Positions 43,969 through 55,585 of a stretch of DNA of 64,000 bases are shown in pieces (the first letter of the stretch is position 1; the number at the start of each line of letters is the position of its first letter). The notes under the pieces are model-generated. The model was not told the DNA's origin and did no database searches. It saw only the letters and a list, made by a program, of their open reading frames with translations. Made by a program: the position numbers and the translations under genes. Where the stretch lies: the NCBI RefSeq assembly GCF_056712565.1, contig NZ_CM160072.1; one strand, written 5' to 3'.

Positions 43969-44664
43969 TTACTGCCCGTAATATGCCTTCGCGCCATGCT
44001 TACGCAGATAGTGTTTATCCAGTAGCGTTTGCTGCATATCCGGTAACTGCGGCGCTAACTGACGGCAGAATATACCCATATAAGCGACTTCTTCCAGCAC
44101 GATGGCGTTATGCACCGCATCTTCGGCATTTTTGCCCCATGCAAACGGGCCGTGAGAATGGACCAGCACGCCGGGCATTTGCGCTGCATCGATACCCTGT
44201 TTTTCGAAGGTTTCTACGATGACGTTACCGGTTTCCCACTCATATTCACCGTTGATTTCTGCGTCGGTCATTTTGCGGGTGCAGGGAATGGTGCCGTAGA
44301 AATAGTCGGCGTGGGTGGTACCGGTTGCTGGAATCGACTGACCCGCCTGCGCCCAGATGGTGGCGTGGCGCGAGTGTGTGTGCACAATGCCGCCAATAGA
44401 CGGGAATGCCTGATAGAGCAGCCGGTGAGTTGGCGTGTCGGAGGAGGGCTTTTTCGTACCTTCAACCACTTCACCGGTTTCGATGCTGACCACGACCATA
44501 TCGTCAGCGGTCATGGTGCTGTAGTCGACGCCGGAAGGTTTGATCACCAGGACGCCGCGCCCGCGATCAACGGCGCTGACATTGCCCCAGGTGAGCGTGA
44601 CCAGGTTGTGTTTTGGCAGCGCCAGGTTGGCTTCTAAGACCTGGCGTTTGAGATCTTCTAACAT
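43969..44664 (-). CDS. araD: L-ribulose-5-phosphate 4-epimerase
   Basis: 231-aa ORF; synteny in araBAD. Confidence 0.95.
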   Translation of the reverse strand: MLEDLKRQVLEANLALPKHNLVTLTWGNVSAVDRGRGVLVIKPSGVDYSTMTADDMVVVSIETGEVVEGTKKPSSDTPTHRLLYQAFPSIGGIVHTHSRHATIWAQAGQSIPATGTTHADYFYGTIPCTRKMTDAEINGEYEWETGNVIVETFEKQGIDAAQMPGVLVHSHGPFAWGKNAEDAVHNAIVLEEVAYMGIFCRQLAPQLPDMQQTLLDKHYLRKHGAKAYYGQ

Positions 44665-44667
44665 GTT

Positions 44668-44945
44668 GACTCCTTCGTGCCGGATGCGCTTTGCTTATCC
44701 GGCCTACAAAATCGCAGCGTGTAGGCCTGATAAGACGCGTCGGCGTCGCATCAGGCGGTGAATGCCGGATGCGCTTTGCTTATCCGGCCTACAAATCCGG
44801 AACGCGTAGGCCTGATAAGACGCGCCAGCGCCGCATCAGGCGGTGAATGCCGGATGCGCTTTGCTTATCCGGCCTACAAATCCGGAACGCGTAGGCCTGA
44901 TAAGACGCGTCAGCGTCGCATCAGGCGTTACATACCTGATGCGGC
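44668..44945. repeat. BIME array: three tandem copies of an approximately 96-bp REP-containing unit
   Basis: gccggatgcgctttgcttatccggcctacaaa ... gtaggcctgataagacgcg ... gcatcaggcggtgaat repeated three times between araD and araA. Confidence 0.85.
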
Positions 44946-44948
44946 TAC

Positions 44949-46451
44949 TTAGCGACGAAATCCGTAATACACTTCGTTCCAGCGCAGCGCGTCTTTAAAC
45001 GCTGGAAGGCGGGTATCGTTATCAATCACTGTGATTTCAATGTCGTGCATCTCGGCGAACTGGCGCATATCGTTGAGGTTCAGCGCATGGCTGAAGACGG
45101 TATGGTGCGCGCCACCGGCAAGGATCCACGCTTCGGAAGCGGTCGGCAGATCCGGTTGCGCTTTCCACAGCGCATTCGCCACCGGCAGTTTCGGCAGGGA
45201 GTGCGGTGTTTTCACCGTGTCGATGCAGTTAACCAGCAGACGGTAACGATCGCCGAGATCAATCAGGCTGGCGACAATGGCTGGACCGGTTTGAGTGTTG
45301 AAGATCAGGCGGGCAGGATCGTCTTTACCGCCAATACCGAGATGCTGAACGTCGAGGATCGGTTTCTCTTCCACAGCGATCGACGGACAGACTTCCAGCA
45401 TATGGGAGCCGAGTACCAGGTCATTACCTTTCTCGAAGTGATAGGTGTAGTCCTCCATAAAGGAGGTGCCGCCCTGCAGACCGGTTGACATCACCTTCAT
45501 GATGCGAAGCAGGGCGGCAGTTTTCCAGTCGCCTTCGCCCGCAAAGCCGTAGCCCTGCTGCATCAGACGCTGTACGGCCAGACCCGGAAGCTGTTTCAGG
45601 CCGTGCAAATCTTCAAAGGTAGTAGTGAAAGCGTGGAAGCCACCTTGTTCCAGGAAACGCTTCATCCCCAGCTCAATACGCGCCGCTTCCAGCACGTTCT
45701 GTCGTTTTTCGCCGTGGATTTGTGTGGCAGGTGTCATGGTGTAGCAGCTTTCGTACTCATCGACCAGCGCGTTAACATCGCCGTCGCTTATGGAGTTCAC
45801 CACCTGCACCAGATCGCCAACCGCCCAGGTATTGACGGAGAAACCAAACTTGATCTGTGCGGCAACTTTATCGCCATCGGTGACCGCTACTTCACGCATG
45901 TTATCGCCAAAACGGCAGACTTTCAGATGACGGGTATCCTGTTTAGAGACCGCCTGACGCATCCAGGAGCCAATACGCTCATGTGCTTGTTTATCCTGCC
46001 AGTGACCGGTAACAACGGCATGTTGCTGACGCATACGCGCGCCGATGAAGCCGAACTCGCGACCGCCATGCGCGGTCTGGTTCAGGTTCATAAAGTCCAT
46101 GTCGATGCTGTCCCACGGCAGCGCCGCGTTGAACTGGGTGTGGAATTGCAGCAACGGTTTGTTGAGCATGGTCAGGCCGTTGATCCACATTTTGGCCGGG
46201 GAGAAGGTGTGCAGCCACACCACCAGACCAGCGCAACGATCGTCGTAATTCGCGTCGCGGCAAATAGCGGTGATTTCATCCGGCGTGGTGCCCAGCGGTT
46301 TCAGCACCAGTTTGCAGGGCAACTTCGCTTCTGTATTCAGTGCATTAACAACGTGTTCCGCATGTTGCGTCACCTGGCGCAGAGTCTCCGGGCCGTAAAG
46401 ATGTTGGCTGCCAATTACAAACCACACTTCATAATTATCAAAAATCGTCAT
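44949..46451 (-). CDS. araA: L-arabinose isomerase
   Basis: 500-aa ORF; synteny. Confidence 0.96.
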
Positions 46452-46461
46452 TGTCGTGTCC

Positions 46462-48500
<2,039 letters not shown>

Positions 48501-49346
48501 ATGGCTGAAGCGCAAAATGCTCCCCTGCTGCCGGGATACTCGTTTAACGCCCATCTGGTGGCGGGTTTAACGCCGATTGAGGCCAACGGTTATCTCGATT
48601 TTTTTATCGACCGACCGCTGGGAATGAAAGGTTATATTCTCAATCTCACCATTCGCGGTCAGGGGGTGGTGAAAAATCAGGGACGAGAATTTGTCTGCCG
48701 ACCGGGTGATATTTTGCTGTTCCCGCCTGGAGAGATTCATCACTACGGTCGTCATCCGGAGGCTCACGAATGGTATCACCAGTGGGTTTACTTTCGTCCG
48801 CGCGCCTACTGGCATGAATGGCTTAACTGGCCGTCGATATTTGCCAATACCGGTTTCTTTCGCCCGGATGAAGCGCACCAGCCGCATTTCAGCGACCTGT
48901 TTGGGCAAATCATTAATGCCGGACAAGGGGAAGGGCGCTATTCGGAATTGCTGGCGATAAATCTGCTTGAGCAATTGTTACTGCGGCGCATGGAAGCGAT
49001 TAACGAGTCGCTCCATCCACCGATGGATAATCGGGTACGCGAGGCTTGTCAGTACATCAGCGATCACCTGGCAGACAGTAATTTTGATATCGCCAGCGTC
49101 GCACAGCATGTCTGCCTGTCGCCGTCGCGTCTGTCGCATTTGTTCCGCCAGCAGTTAGGGATTAGCGTATTAAGCTGGCGCGAGGACCAGCGCATCAGTC
49201 AGGCGAAGCTGCTTTTGAGCACCACCCGGATGCCTATCGCCACCGTCGGTCGCAATGTCGGTTTTGATGATCAACTCTATTTCTCGCGAGTATTTAAAAA
49301 ATGCACCGGGGCGAGTCCGAGCGAGTTTAGGGCAGGTTGTGAATAA
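48501..49346 (+). CDS. araC: arabinose operon regulator AraC; C-terminus shortened and recoded by the adjacent islet
   Basis: 281 aa from ATG 48501 ([19 protein letters not shown]...), ending ...[11 protein letters not shown]; the K-12 form I recall is 292 aa, ending ...[19 protein letters not shown]. Confidence 0.93.
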   Translation: MAEAQNAPLLPGYSFNAHLVAGLTPIEANGYLDFFIDRPLGMKGYILNLTIRGQGVVKNQGREFVCRPGDILLFPPGEIHHYGRHPEAHEWYHQWVYFRPRAYWHEWLNWPSIFANTGFFRPDEAHQPHFSDLFGQIINAGQGEGRYSELLAINLLEQLLLRRMEAINESLHPPMDNRVREACQYISDHLADSNFDIASVAQHVCLSPSRLSHLFRQQLGISVLSWREDQRISQAKLLLSTTRMPIATVGRNVGFDDQLYFSRVFKKCTGASPSEFRAGCE

Positions 49347-49392
49347 TAAGAAAGAAGGGGGGGAACCCCCTTGCTTTCTTCATCTGACGTTA
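49347..49392 (+). terminator. putative rho-independent terminator immediately after the araC stop
   Basis: aagaaagaaggggggg-aa-cccccttgctttctt hairpin followed by a T-rich tract. Confidence 0.55.
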
Positions 49393-49860
49393 TTTATATA
49401 TTTCACGGGGGATTAATTTTAGTTATTTTTAGTTGAATCGTTTTACCTGAATTATTTTTTTTCTTGATAAAATATCGACAACGATTTCTTTTTGTAAAAA
49501 TAAAACGAAGGCTTATGTATCGGGATACCCATCATGAACATATTGTCCGGTTGCATCAGGAGAATATATCAAGCGGTTTGTTCATCGTAGGAACACCACA
49601 TTGAGCGGTTATGGCAGGCACTTCACGCCACCATAAATGCCGTTCGATGTGGCAGTTGTTGAAAAAAGTACGGCATTCTATGAAAAACGCCAGTTACTCC
49701 CTCAGAGGAGAACATGGTCTGGCAAAAGTGTAGCGGCATCAGGCGCAGCTATCTTTGTAAATTCATTCATAAAATGAATTGTATACAAAAAAATATTGAA
49801 AAATAATATTTTTCCTTATTGATATTATTTGCTATACGTTTTTTTTGAGGGGAGATTGTG

Positions 49861-50709
49861 ATGAGCAAACGTAACGATATTACTGATGGAATATTTGCAA
49901 CAACGAAAAAGTATGGATTAGTTTATACCGAAGAGTTAGGTTGGATCGATTTGGGGCATGCTCAGGGACAAGATGCCAGAATATTAAAAAGAAAATTGGA
50001 GCAAGAACATTTTTCAACATATTACGATGAATTTCATGATTGGTATTTTCCTGTTGATTATCATCAGGAAATGGGAATTCGGAAAAAAATATTAGGAGTA
50101 GATCTTACATTTCATACCGGTGTTTATACGAAGGTTATGGTTCGTTCATGTCTTTCACCCACTCTTAAAGCAAGAGTTGCCTTAACGTTAATGTATGGAA
50201 CTGCGAAGAGGTTTGAAGCATGGCAAAACTCATTTATTTTTAACTGGTATACTGATAGCGGATTTAGTGCAGAAGATTTAGTCTCAGACTTGATTGGTTT
50301 TTATCGTGTATTTGGAACAGGCCCCGATCCACTTTTATTGGCAAAACCTTTATCTTACACAAAAGCCTTACAAATATGGGATACATATGGAGCGCCAGGG
50401 AATTTTAAAAATACTGAGTTTACGCCATTCTTATTTACAACCCATCCTCCTTTTAAAAAAAATCAACTAATAAAAAAGAAGCTTCCAGAATGGTTAAATT
50501 ATATAAAGCCATTAGATGAGTCTTTTTCAATATTGTTATATAATCAATATAATAATAGACCTGTTACTAATTATTATAAAGATAAAAACAGAATAAATCA
50601 TGAGTTGTATAGTTCATTATCAAGTTCGGGAGCTATAAAGTTTTCAGAATCTCCCTTTGAAAGACCGCTTTTTCTTTTCTTAAACCCTCATTATCCGCAC
50701 AGGTCGTGA
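49861..50709 (+). CDS. hypothetical protein, 282 aa, no signal peptide, family unassigned
   Basis: Uninterrupted 283-codon ORF in roughly 30% GC DNA (unlikely by chance); RBS gaggggag 6 nt upstream of ATG 49861 (GTG at 49858 also in frame); product rich in K/N/Y/F: MSKRNDITDGIFATTKKYGLVYTEELGWIDLGHAQGQDARILKRKLEQEHF... Confidence 0.7.
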   Translation: MSKRNDITDGIFATTKKYGLVYTEELGWIDLGHAQGQDARILKRKLEQEHFSTYYDEFHDWYFPVDYHQEMGIRKKILGVDLTFHTGVYTKVMVRSCLSPTLKARVALTLMYGTAKRFEAWQNSFIFNWYTDSGFSAEDLVSDLIGFYRVFGTGPDPLLLAKPLSYTKALQIWDTYGAPGNFKNTEFTPFLFTTHPPFKKNQLIKKKLPEWLNYIKPLDESFSILLYNQYNNRPVTNYYKDKNRINHELYSSLSSSGAIKFSESPFERPLFLFLNPHYPHRS

Positions 50710-50715
50710 GTAGAG

Positions 50716-51138
50716 ATGTCAAAATATATTTATATTTTATTATCATTTTTAGTTTTATTCTTTATATTTTTCTATGCTTATATCTCATTGATGTCAAAGG
50801 AACATCACTATACACAGCATGAACTTTCCCCATTTTTCCTTTATACGCCAGAGAGTTTGCGAAATTTGCCAAACATATCAAACGTAGCCGAGTATAGCTA
50901 TTACTATAATGTTGATGATATGCAAACAAGAGTGATTGTTACATGGCGAAATATAGATAACATTTTTCTTCAGAAAGCAAAGCTAATAGATTTTTTGAAA
51001 AGAATGGGACCGAGTCTACAAAACGATTGTATATGGTTTTTTCATGATAAAAGTGATTATGCAAATAATTTCCAGCGTTATTGCATCATTGAGCACCGTG
51101 ATTCTCTGCAGGTGGAATATTTTGAGACTATCGAATGA
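50716..51138 (+). CDS. hypothetical membrane-anchored protein, 140 aa, family unassigned
   Basis: Starts 6 nt after the upstream ORF stop (operon / translational coupling); N-terminal hydrophobic segment YIYILLSFLVLFFIFFYAYISL followed by an approximately 110-aa soluble domain. Confidence 0.65.
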   Translation: MSKYIYILLSFLVLFFIFFYAYISLMSKEHHYTQHELSPFFLYTPESLRNLPNISNVAEYSYYYNVDDMQTRVIVTWRNIDNIFLQKAKLIDFLKRMGPSLQNDCIWFFHDKSDYANNFQRYCIIEHRDSLQVEYFETIE

Positions 51139-51159
51139 TAGGCAGAGGGTGTCTTTTGT

Positions 51160-51207
51160 GCCGGTTGTGAAGAAAAAGTGAATGATGTAGCCGTCAAGTT
51201 GTCATAA
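51160..51207 (+). other. displaced native 3' end of araC (non-translated remnant)
   Basis: gccggttgtgaagaaaaagtgaatgatgtagccgtcaagttgtcataa encodes ...AGCEEKVNDVAVKLS*, the K-12 AraC C-terminus, now separated from araC by the islet; yabI starts 85 bp after it as in K-12. Confidence 0.8.
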
Positions 51208-51292
51208 TTGGTAACGAATCAGATAATTGACGGCTTGACGGAGTAGCATAGGGTTTGCAGAATCCCTGCTTCGTCCATTTGATAGGCACATT

Positions 51293-52057
51293 ATGCAAGC
51301 ATTGCTGGAACACTTTATTACCCAATCCACCGTGTATTCATTGATGGCGGTGGTGTTGGTGGCCTTTCTGGAGTCGCTGGCGCTGGTCGGTTTGATTCTA
51401 CCCGGTACGGTGCTGATGGCGGGGCTGGGAGCGCTGATTGGTAGCGGTGAGTTAAGTTTCTGGTACGCCTGGCTGGCGGGGATTATTGGCTGCCTGATGG
51501 GCGACTGGATCTCCTTCTGGCTGGGCTGGCGTTTTAAAAAGCCGTTGCATCGCTGGTCATTTCTGAAGAAGAACAAAGCATTACTCGATAAAACCGAACA
51601 TGCGCTGCATCAGCACAGCATGTTCACCATTCTGGTCGGTCGTTTTGTCGGTCCGACGCGTCCGCTGGTGCCAATGGTGGCGGGAATGCTGGATCTCCCG
51701 GTGGCAAAATTTATTACGCCGAATATTATCGGCTGCTTGCTGTGGCCACAGTTTTACTTCCTGCCGGGGATTCTGGCGGGTGCGGCGATCGATATTCCTG
51801 CCGGGATGCAGAGCGGTGAGTTTAAATGGTTGCTGCTGGCAACAGCGGTGTTTTTGTGGGTTGGAGGCTGGCTGTGCTGGCGGTTATGGCGCAGCGGTAA
51901 AGCGACTGACCGTTTGAGTCATTATTTGTCCCGCGGTCGTTTGTTGTGGCTGACGCCGTTGATTTCTGCCATCGGCGTGGTGGCGCTGGTGGTGTTAATT
52001 CGCCACCCGTTGATGCCGGTGTATATCGATATTTTGCGTAAAGTGGTTGGGGTTTAG
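51293..52057 (+). CDS. yabI: DedA-family inner membrane protein
   Basis: 254-aa polytopic membrane ORF; synteny. Confidence 0.92.
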   Translation: MQALLEHFITQSTVYSLMAVVLVAFLESLALVGLILPGTVLMAGLGALIGSGELSFWYAWLAGIIGCLMGDWISFWLGWRFKKPLHRWSFLKKNKALLDKTEHALHQHSMFTILVGRFVGPTRPLVPMVAGMLDLPVAKFITPNIIGCLLWPQFYFLPGILAGAAIDIPAGMQSGEFKWLLLATAVFLWVGGWLCWRLWRSGKATDRLSHYLSRGRLLWLTPLISAIGVVALVVLIRHPLMPVYIDILRKVVGV

Positions 52058-52064
52058 GGGATAG

Positions 52065-52165
<101 letters not shown>

Positions 52166-52170
52166 GCATA

Positions 52171-52869
52171 TTAACCTTTAATTCCCAACAGCGCCGAAGC
52201 ACTCGCCTTACCGCTCAACAACTCATCGGTCTTACCCTGCCAGGCGATACGCCCGTCGGCGACCACCACCGAGCGCGTGGCGATCCGCGCCGCATCTTCC
52301 ACACTGTGCGACACCATCAAGAGCGTCATTTTTTGCTGTTGGCAGCTCGAACTCACCAGCGTCAGCATCTCCTGACGTAGCGCCGGATCGAGTGCGGAAA
52401 ACGGTTCATCGAGCAATAAAATGGGCTGTTCGCGTACCAGACAACGCGCTAACGCCACGCGCTGTCGCTGACCGCCGGAAAGCTCGCCAGGTAACCGCGC
52501 CATTAAATTATCAATCCCCATCTGGTGGGCAATCGCGTGCATTTTCTTCTGCTGCGCCGCATTTAGTTTCAACCCCGGATTTAGCCCCAGCCCGATGTTT
52601 TGCGCGACCGTCAGATGGCTGAACAGGTTGTTCTCCTGAAACAGCATCGACACCGGACGGCGTGACGGCGGCGTCGTGGTGTGATCTACGTCGTCGATAG
52701 TCAGCAAACCGCTGGCTGGCGTCAGAAAACCGGCGATCAAATTAAGCAGGGTACTTTTACCTGCGCCGCTTGGCCCGAGGATCGCCACCTGCTCGCCGCG
52801 TTCCACCGTTAAGCTAAAACGCATCGGCAAATGGTGGTAAAGCCAGGTGATATCAGTCAGTTTTAACAT
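52171..52869 (-). CDS. thiQ: thiamine ABC transporter ATP-binding protein
   Basis: 232 aa from ATG 52869 ([14 protein letters not shown]...); Walker [10 protein letters not shown] and ABC signature LSGGQRQR. Confidence 0.93.
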   Translation of the reverse strand: MLKLTDITWLYHHLPMRFSLTVERGEQVAILGPSGAGKSTLLNLIAGFLTPASGLLTIDDVDHTTTPPSRRPVSMLFQENNLFSHLTVAQNIGLGLNPGLKLNAAQQKKMHAIAHQMGIDNLMARLPGELSGGQRQRVALARCLVREQPILLLDEPFSALDPALRQEMLTLVSSSCQQQKMTLLMVSHSVEDAARIATRSVVVADGRIAWQGKTDELLSGKASASALLGIKG

Positions 52870-54463
52870 TTCGCCCCGGTATTTTTTCAATCACGGTAAA
52901 CAGCAGAAAACAGAGCAGCAGCAGAATTAACGCGGTGACCGCGCCGTCCTGGCTGCGATAGGAGCCAATTTGCTGGTAGAGATAAAACGGCAGGGTACGG
53001 AAATCATCGTTACCGAACAATGCCACCACGCCAAAATCACCAATCGACAGCACACAAGCAAAGGCCAGCGCCTGCGCCAGTGGACGTTTTAGGGCGCGCA
53101 GCTCCACCACTTTTAAGCGTGACCAGCCTTCAATGCCCAGCGACTGACACAACATGCTGTAGCGGGCGGTGATATCGCGCATCGGGTTTTCCAGCACTTT
53201 CAGCGCATAAGGGATTGCCATTAACGCATTGGTGAAAATCACAATGCCGTCAGCAGATTGTGGCAGGCCGATAGTGTTGTTGAGCAGTAAAAAGAAGCCC
53301 GTAGCCAGCACAATCCCCGGCATGGCGAGGATCAACATGCCGCTCATCTCCAGCGCCTGACCCGCCAGCATTTTCTGCCGCGCCCGAAGTTCGCGACTGC
53401 TCCATAGCAGCATCATGGTCAGCACTACGCACAATACGCCTGCCGCCAGCGCAATACGCAACGAGGTCCACAGCGCCTGCCACAGCACCGGTTGTGCCAG
53501 CACTTCCGGCAACTGGCGATTTACCCCATCGACGATCACCGCCAGTAACGGTGGCAGCAACAGCAGCAGCGCCAGCACAATTAACGCCGTGTCGCAAATG
53601 CGACTATGCAGACGATCGTCCGGGTCGCGCCAGCCTTGCAGCAGTGTGGTACCAGGCGCAATGGCCTTACTCAATCGCTGACTCAACAGCACCAGCCCGA
53701 GGCAGCACACCATCTGGATCAGCGCCAGCATTGCCGCGCGGGCAGGATCGTAGTCGTAACTCAGCGCCTGATAGATTGCCAGCTCGATAGTGGTCGCCTG
53801 CGGACCGCCGCCCAGCGATAGCACGGTGGCGAAGCTGGCGAAACAGAGCATAAAGATTAGTGCGGCAACCGGCGGGATTTGTCGCCGTAACCACGGCCAT
53901 TCGACGAAACGGAAAAAATGCCAGCCGTGCATCCCAAGTTGGGCGGCAAGCTGACGTTGTTCGCCGGGAATGTTTTCCAGTGCCTGGAGTAATAAACGGC
54001 TAGCCATCGGCAGATTAAAAAACACATGGGCCAGCAAAATGCCTTGCAGGCCGTAGGGCGAAAAGGTCCACTCCAGACCAAGTGATTGCCAGAGCGAGGC
54101 CAGCCAGCCCTGGCGACCATAGACGCTAAGAATGCCGAAAACAGCAACCAGCACCGGGAGGATCAAGGTCATTGCGCACAGACGCAACAGCATCTGTCGC
54201 CCAGGAAAGCGCCTGCGATAGAGGGCGCGGGCGAGGAATATTGCGGGTACGACAGAGAGCAGCGCCGAGAGAAACGCCTGCCAGAAGGAGAAGCGCACCA
54301 CATGCCACAGGTAGCTGTCCTGCCAGACTGCCACCCAGTCACCCTGCGGCGCGTTCCACCACAGGGCGAGAAACGCCGCCAGTGCAACCGCCACCACCAG
54401 CGTGGCGGCGCTTACGCCTGGAATTAACCAGCCGGGAATTAACGGCTGACGGCGCGTTGCCAT
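52853..54463 (-). CDS. thiP: thiamine ABC transporter permease
   Basis: 536-aa polytopic membrane ORF; overlaps the thiQ start. Confidence 0.93.
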   Translation of the reverse strand: MATRRQPLIPGWLIPGVSAATLVVAVALAAFLALWWNAPQGDWVAVWQDSYLWHVVRFSFWQAFLSALLSVVPAIFLARALYRRRFPGRQMLLRLCAMTLILPVLVAVFGILSVYGRQGWLASLWQSLGLEWTFSPYGLQGILLAHVFFNLPMASRLLLQALENIPGEQRQLAAQLGMHGWHFFRFVEWPWLRRQIPPVAALIFMLCFASFATVLSLGGGPQATTIELAIYQALSYDYDPARAAMLALIQMVCCLGLVLLSQRLSKAIAPGTTLLQGWRDPDDRLHSRICDTALIVLALLLLLPPLLAVIVDGVNRQLPEVLAQPVLWQALWTSLRIALAAGVLCVVLTMMLLWSSRELRARQKMLAGQALEMSGMLILAMPGIVLATGFFLLLNNTIGLPQSADGIVIFTNALMAIPYALKVLENPMRDITARYSMLCQSLGIEGWSRLKVVELRALKRPLAQALAFACVLSIGDFGVVALFGNDDFRTLPFYLYQQIGSYRSQDGAVTALILLLLCFLLFTVIEKIPGRNVKTD

Positions 54464-55422
54464 TCGCTAATCCATGCCTGACGTTGTGCCGCCACTTCGG
54501 CGGGTGTGAACTCTAGCGTGGTGGCTGGTTTGGTCAATTGTTCAAATCCTGCAGGCAGAGTGACGTTTGCTACCGGATACATCCAGTTGCCGGTTGGGAT
54601 CGCATTCTGAAAAGCCGGAGAAACCATAAACTGGAGGAATTTTTGCGCCAGCTCTGGCTGCTTGCTGGCAGCGGTGCGGGCGGCAACTTCCACCTGCAGA
54701 TAGTGACCTTCGATAAAGTTTGTGGCGGCGTAGTTATCTTTCTTCTCTTCGAGAATGTGATAAGCCGGAGAGGTGGTGTAACTCAGTACCAGATCGCTTT
54801 CGCCTTTTAAAAACAGGCCGTAGGCTTCGCTCCAGCCTTTGGTGACCGTGACAGTTTTCTTCGCCAGTTTCTGCCAGGCTTGCGGGGCGTTATCGCCATA
54901 GACTTTTTGCATCCATAGCAACAGACCCAGCCCCGGTGTACTGGTACGTGGATCTTCATAAATCACCCGCCAGTTTTGATCGCTCTCAACCAGTTCTTTC
55001 AGGCTTTGCGGCGGATTTTTCAGTTTGTTCTTGTCATAGACGAAGGCGAAATAGCCGTAATCATACGGTACGAAAGTGTCATTATTCCAGCCGCCAGGAA
55101 CGTTAACGGCTTCCGCTGCCACACCGCTTTTAGCAAACAGCTCTGTTTTGCTGGCGGCGTCTAACAGATTGTTATCCAGCCCCAGCACCACATCGGCTTT
55201 ACTGTTTTTGCCTTCCATCCGCAGACGGTTGAGAAGCGAAACGCCATCTTCCAGCGCCACCAGTTTCAGTTCGCAATTACAGTCTGCTTCAAAGGCTTTT
55301 TTGACTACCGGACCAGGTCCCCAGTCAGCGGCAAAGGAATCGTAGGTATAAACAGTCAGAACAGGTTTAGCGAAAACAGGCGCTGTGCACAGCAACAGCA
55401 GGGGAAGACATTTTTTTAACAC
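54439..55422 (-). CDS. thiB: thiamine-binding periplasmic protein
   Basis: 327 aa from GTG 55422 (protein LKKCLPLLLLCTAPVFA..., signal peptide); an alternative GTG lies at 55434. Confidence 0.92.
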   Translation of the reverse strand: MLKKCLPLLLLCTAPVFAKPVLTVYTYDSFAADWGPGPVVKKAFEADCNCELKLVALEDGVSLLNRLRMEGKNSKADVVLGLDNNLLDAASKTELFAKSGVAAEAVNVPGGWNNDTFVPYDYGYFAFVYDKNKLKNPPQSLKELVESDQNWRVIYEDPRTSTPGLGLLLWMQKVYGDNAPQAWQKLAKKTVTVTKGWSEAYGLFLKGESDLVLSYTTSPAYHILEEKKDNYAATNFIEGHYLQVEVAARTAASKQPELAQKFLQFMVSPAFQNAIPTGNWMYPVANVTLPAGFEQLTKPATTLEFTPAEVAAQRQAWISEWQRAVSR

Positions 55423-55459
55423 TTTGCACCTCACAAAAGAGTGGCAAAGGACTTGAGAA

Positions 55460-55560
55460 GGAGCCTCAAATCCCTTCGCCGGCGTTATCCGGATCAGGTT
55501 CGACGGGTATTTTCTCAGCGCACGCGGCTGCGTGGCACCCCGTTGAGAACGGCGTTAGTG
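55460..55560 (-). ncRNA. TPP riboswitch (thi box) in the thiBPQ leader
   Basis: Minus strand carries the conserved aptamer elements GGGGUGCC, CUGAGA and ACCUGAUCCGGAUAACGCCGGCGAAGGGA directly upstream of thiB. Confidence 0.8.
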
Positions 55561-55585
55561 TAGTGATTTTGTTATCAACCAGCAA

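Larger units (their letters stand above)
49329..51159 (+). other. low-GC (about 30% GC) horizontally acquired islet of about 1.8 kb inserted at the 3' end of araC
   Basis: The araC-yabI spacer is 1946 bp here against about 85 bp in K-12; A+T-rich composition contrasts with flanks at about 52% GC; flanked by imperfect 19-bp direct repeats gcaggttgtgaataataag (49332-49350) and gccggttgtgaagaaaaag (51160-51178); no integrase or transposase inside. Confidence 0.8.
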
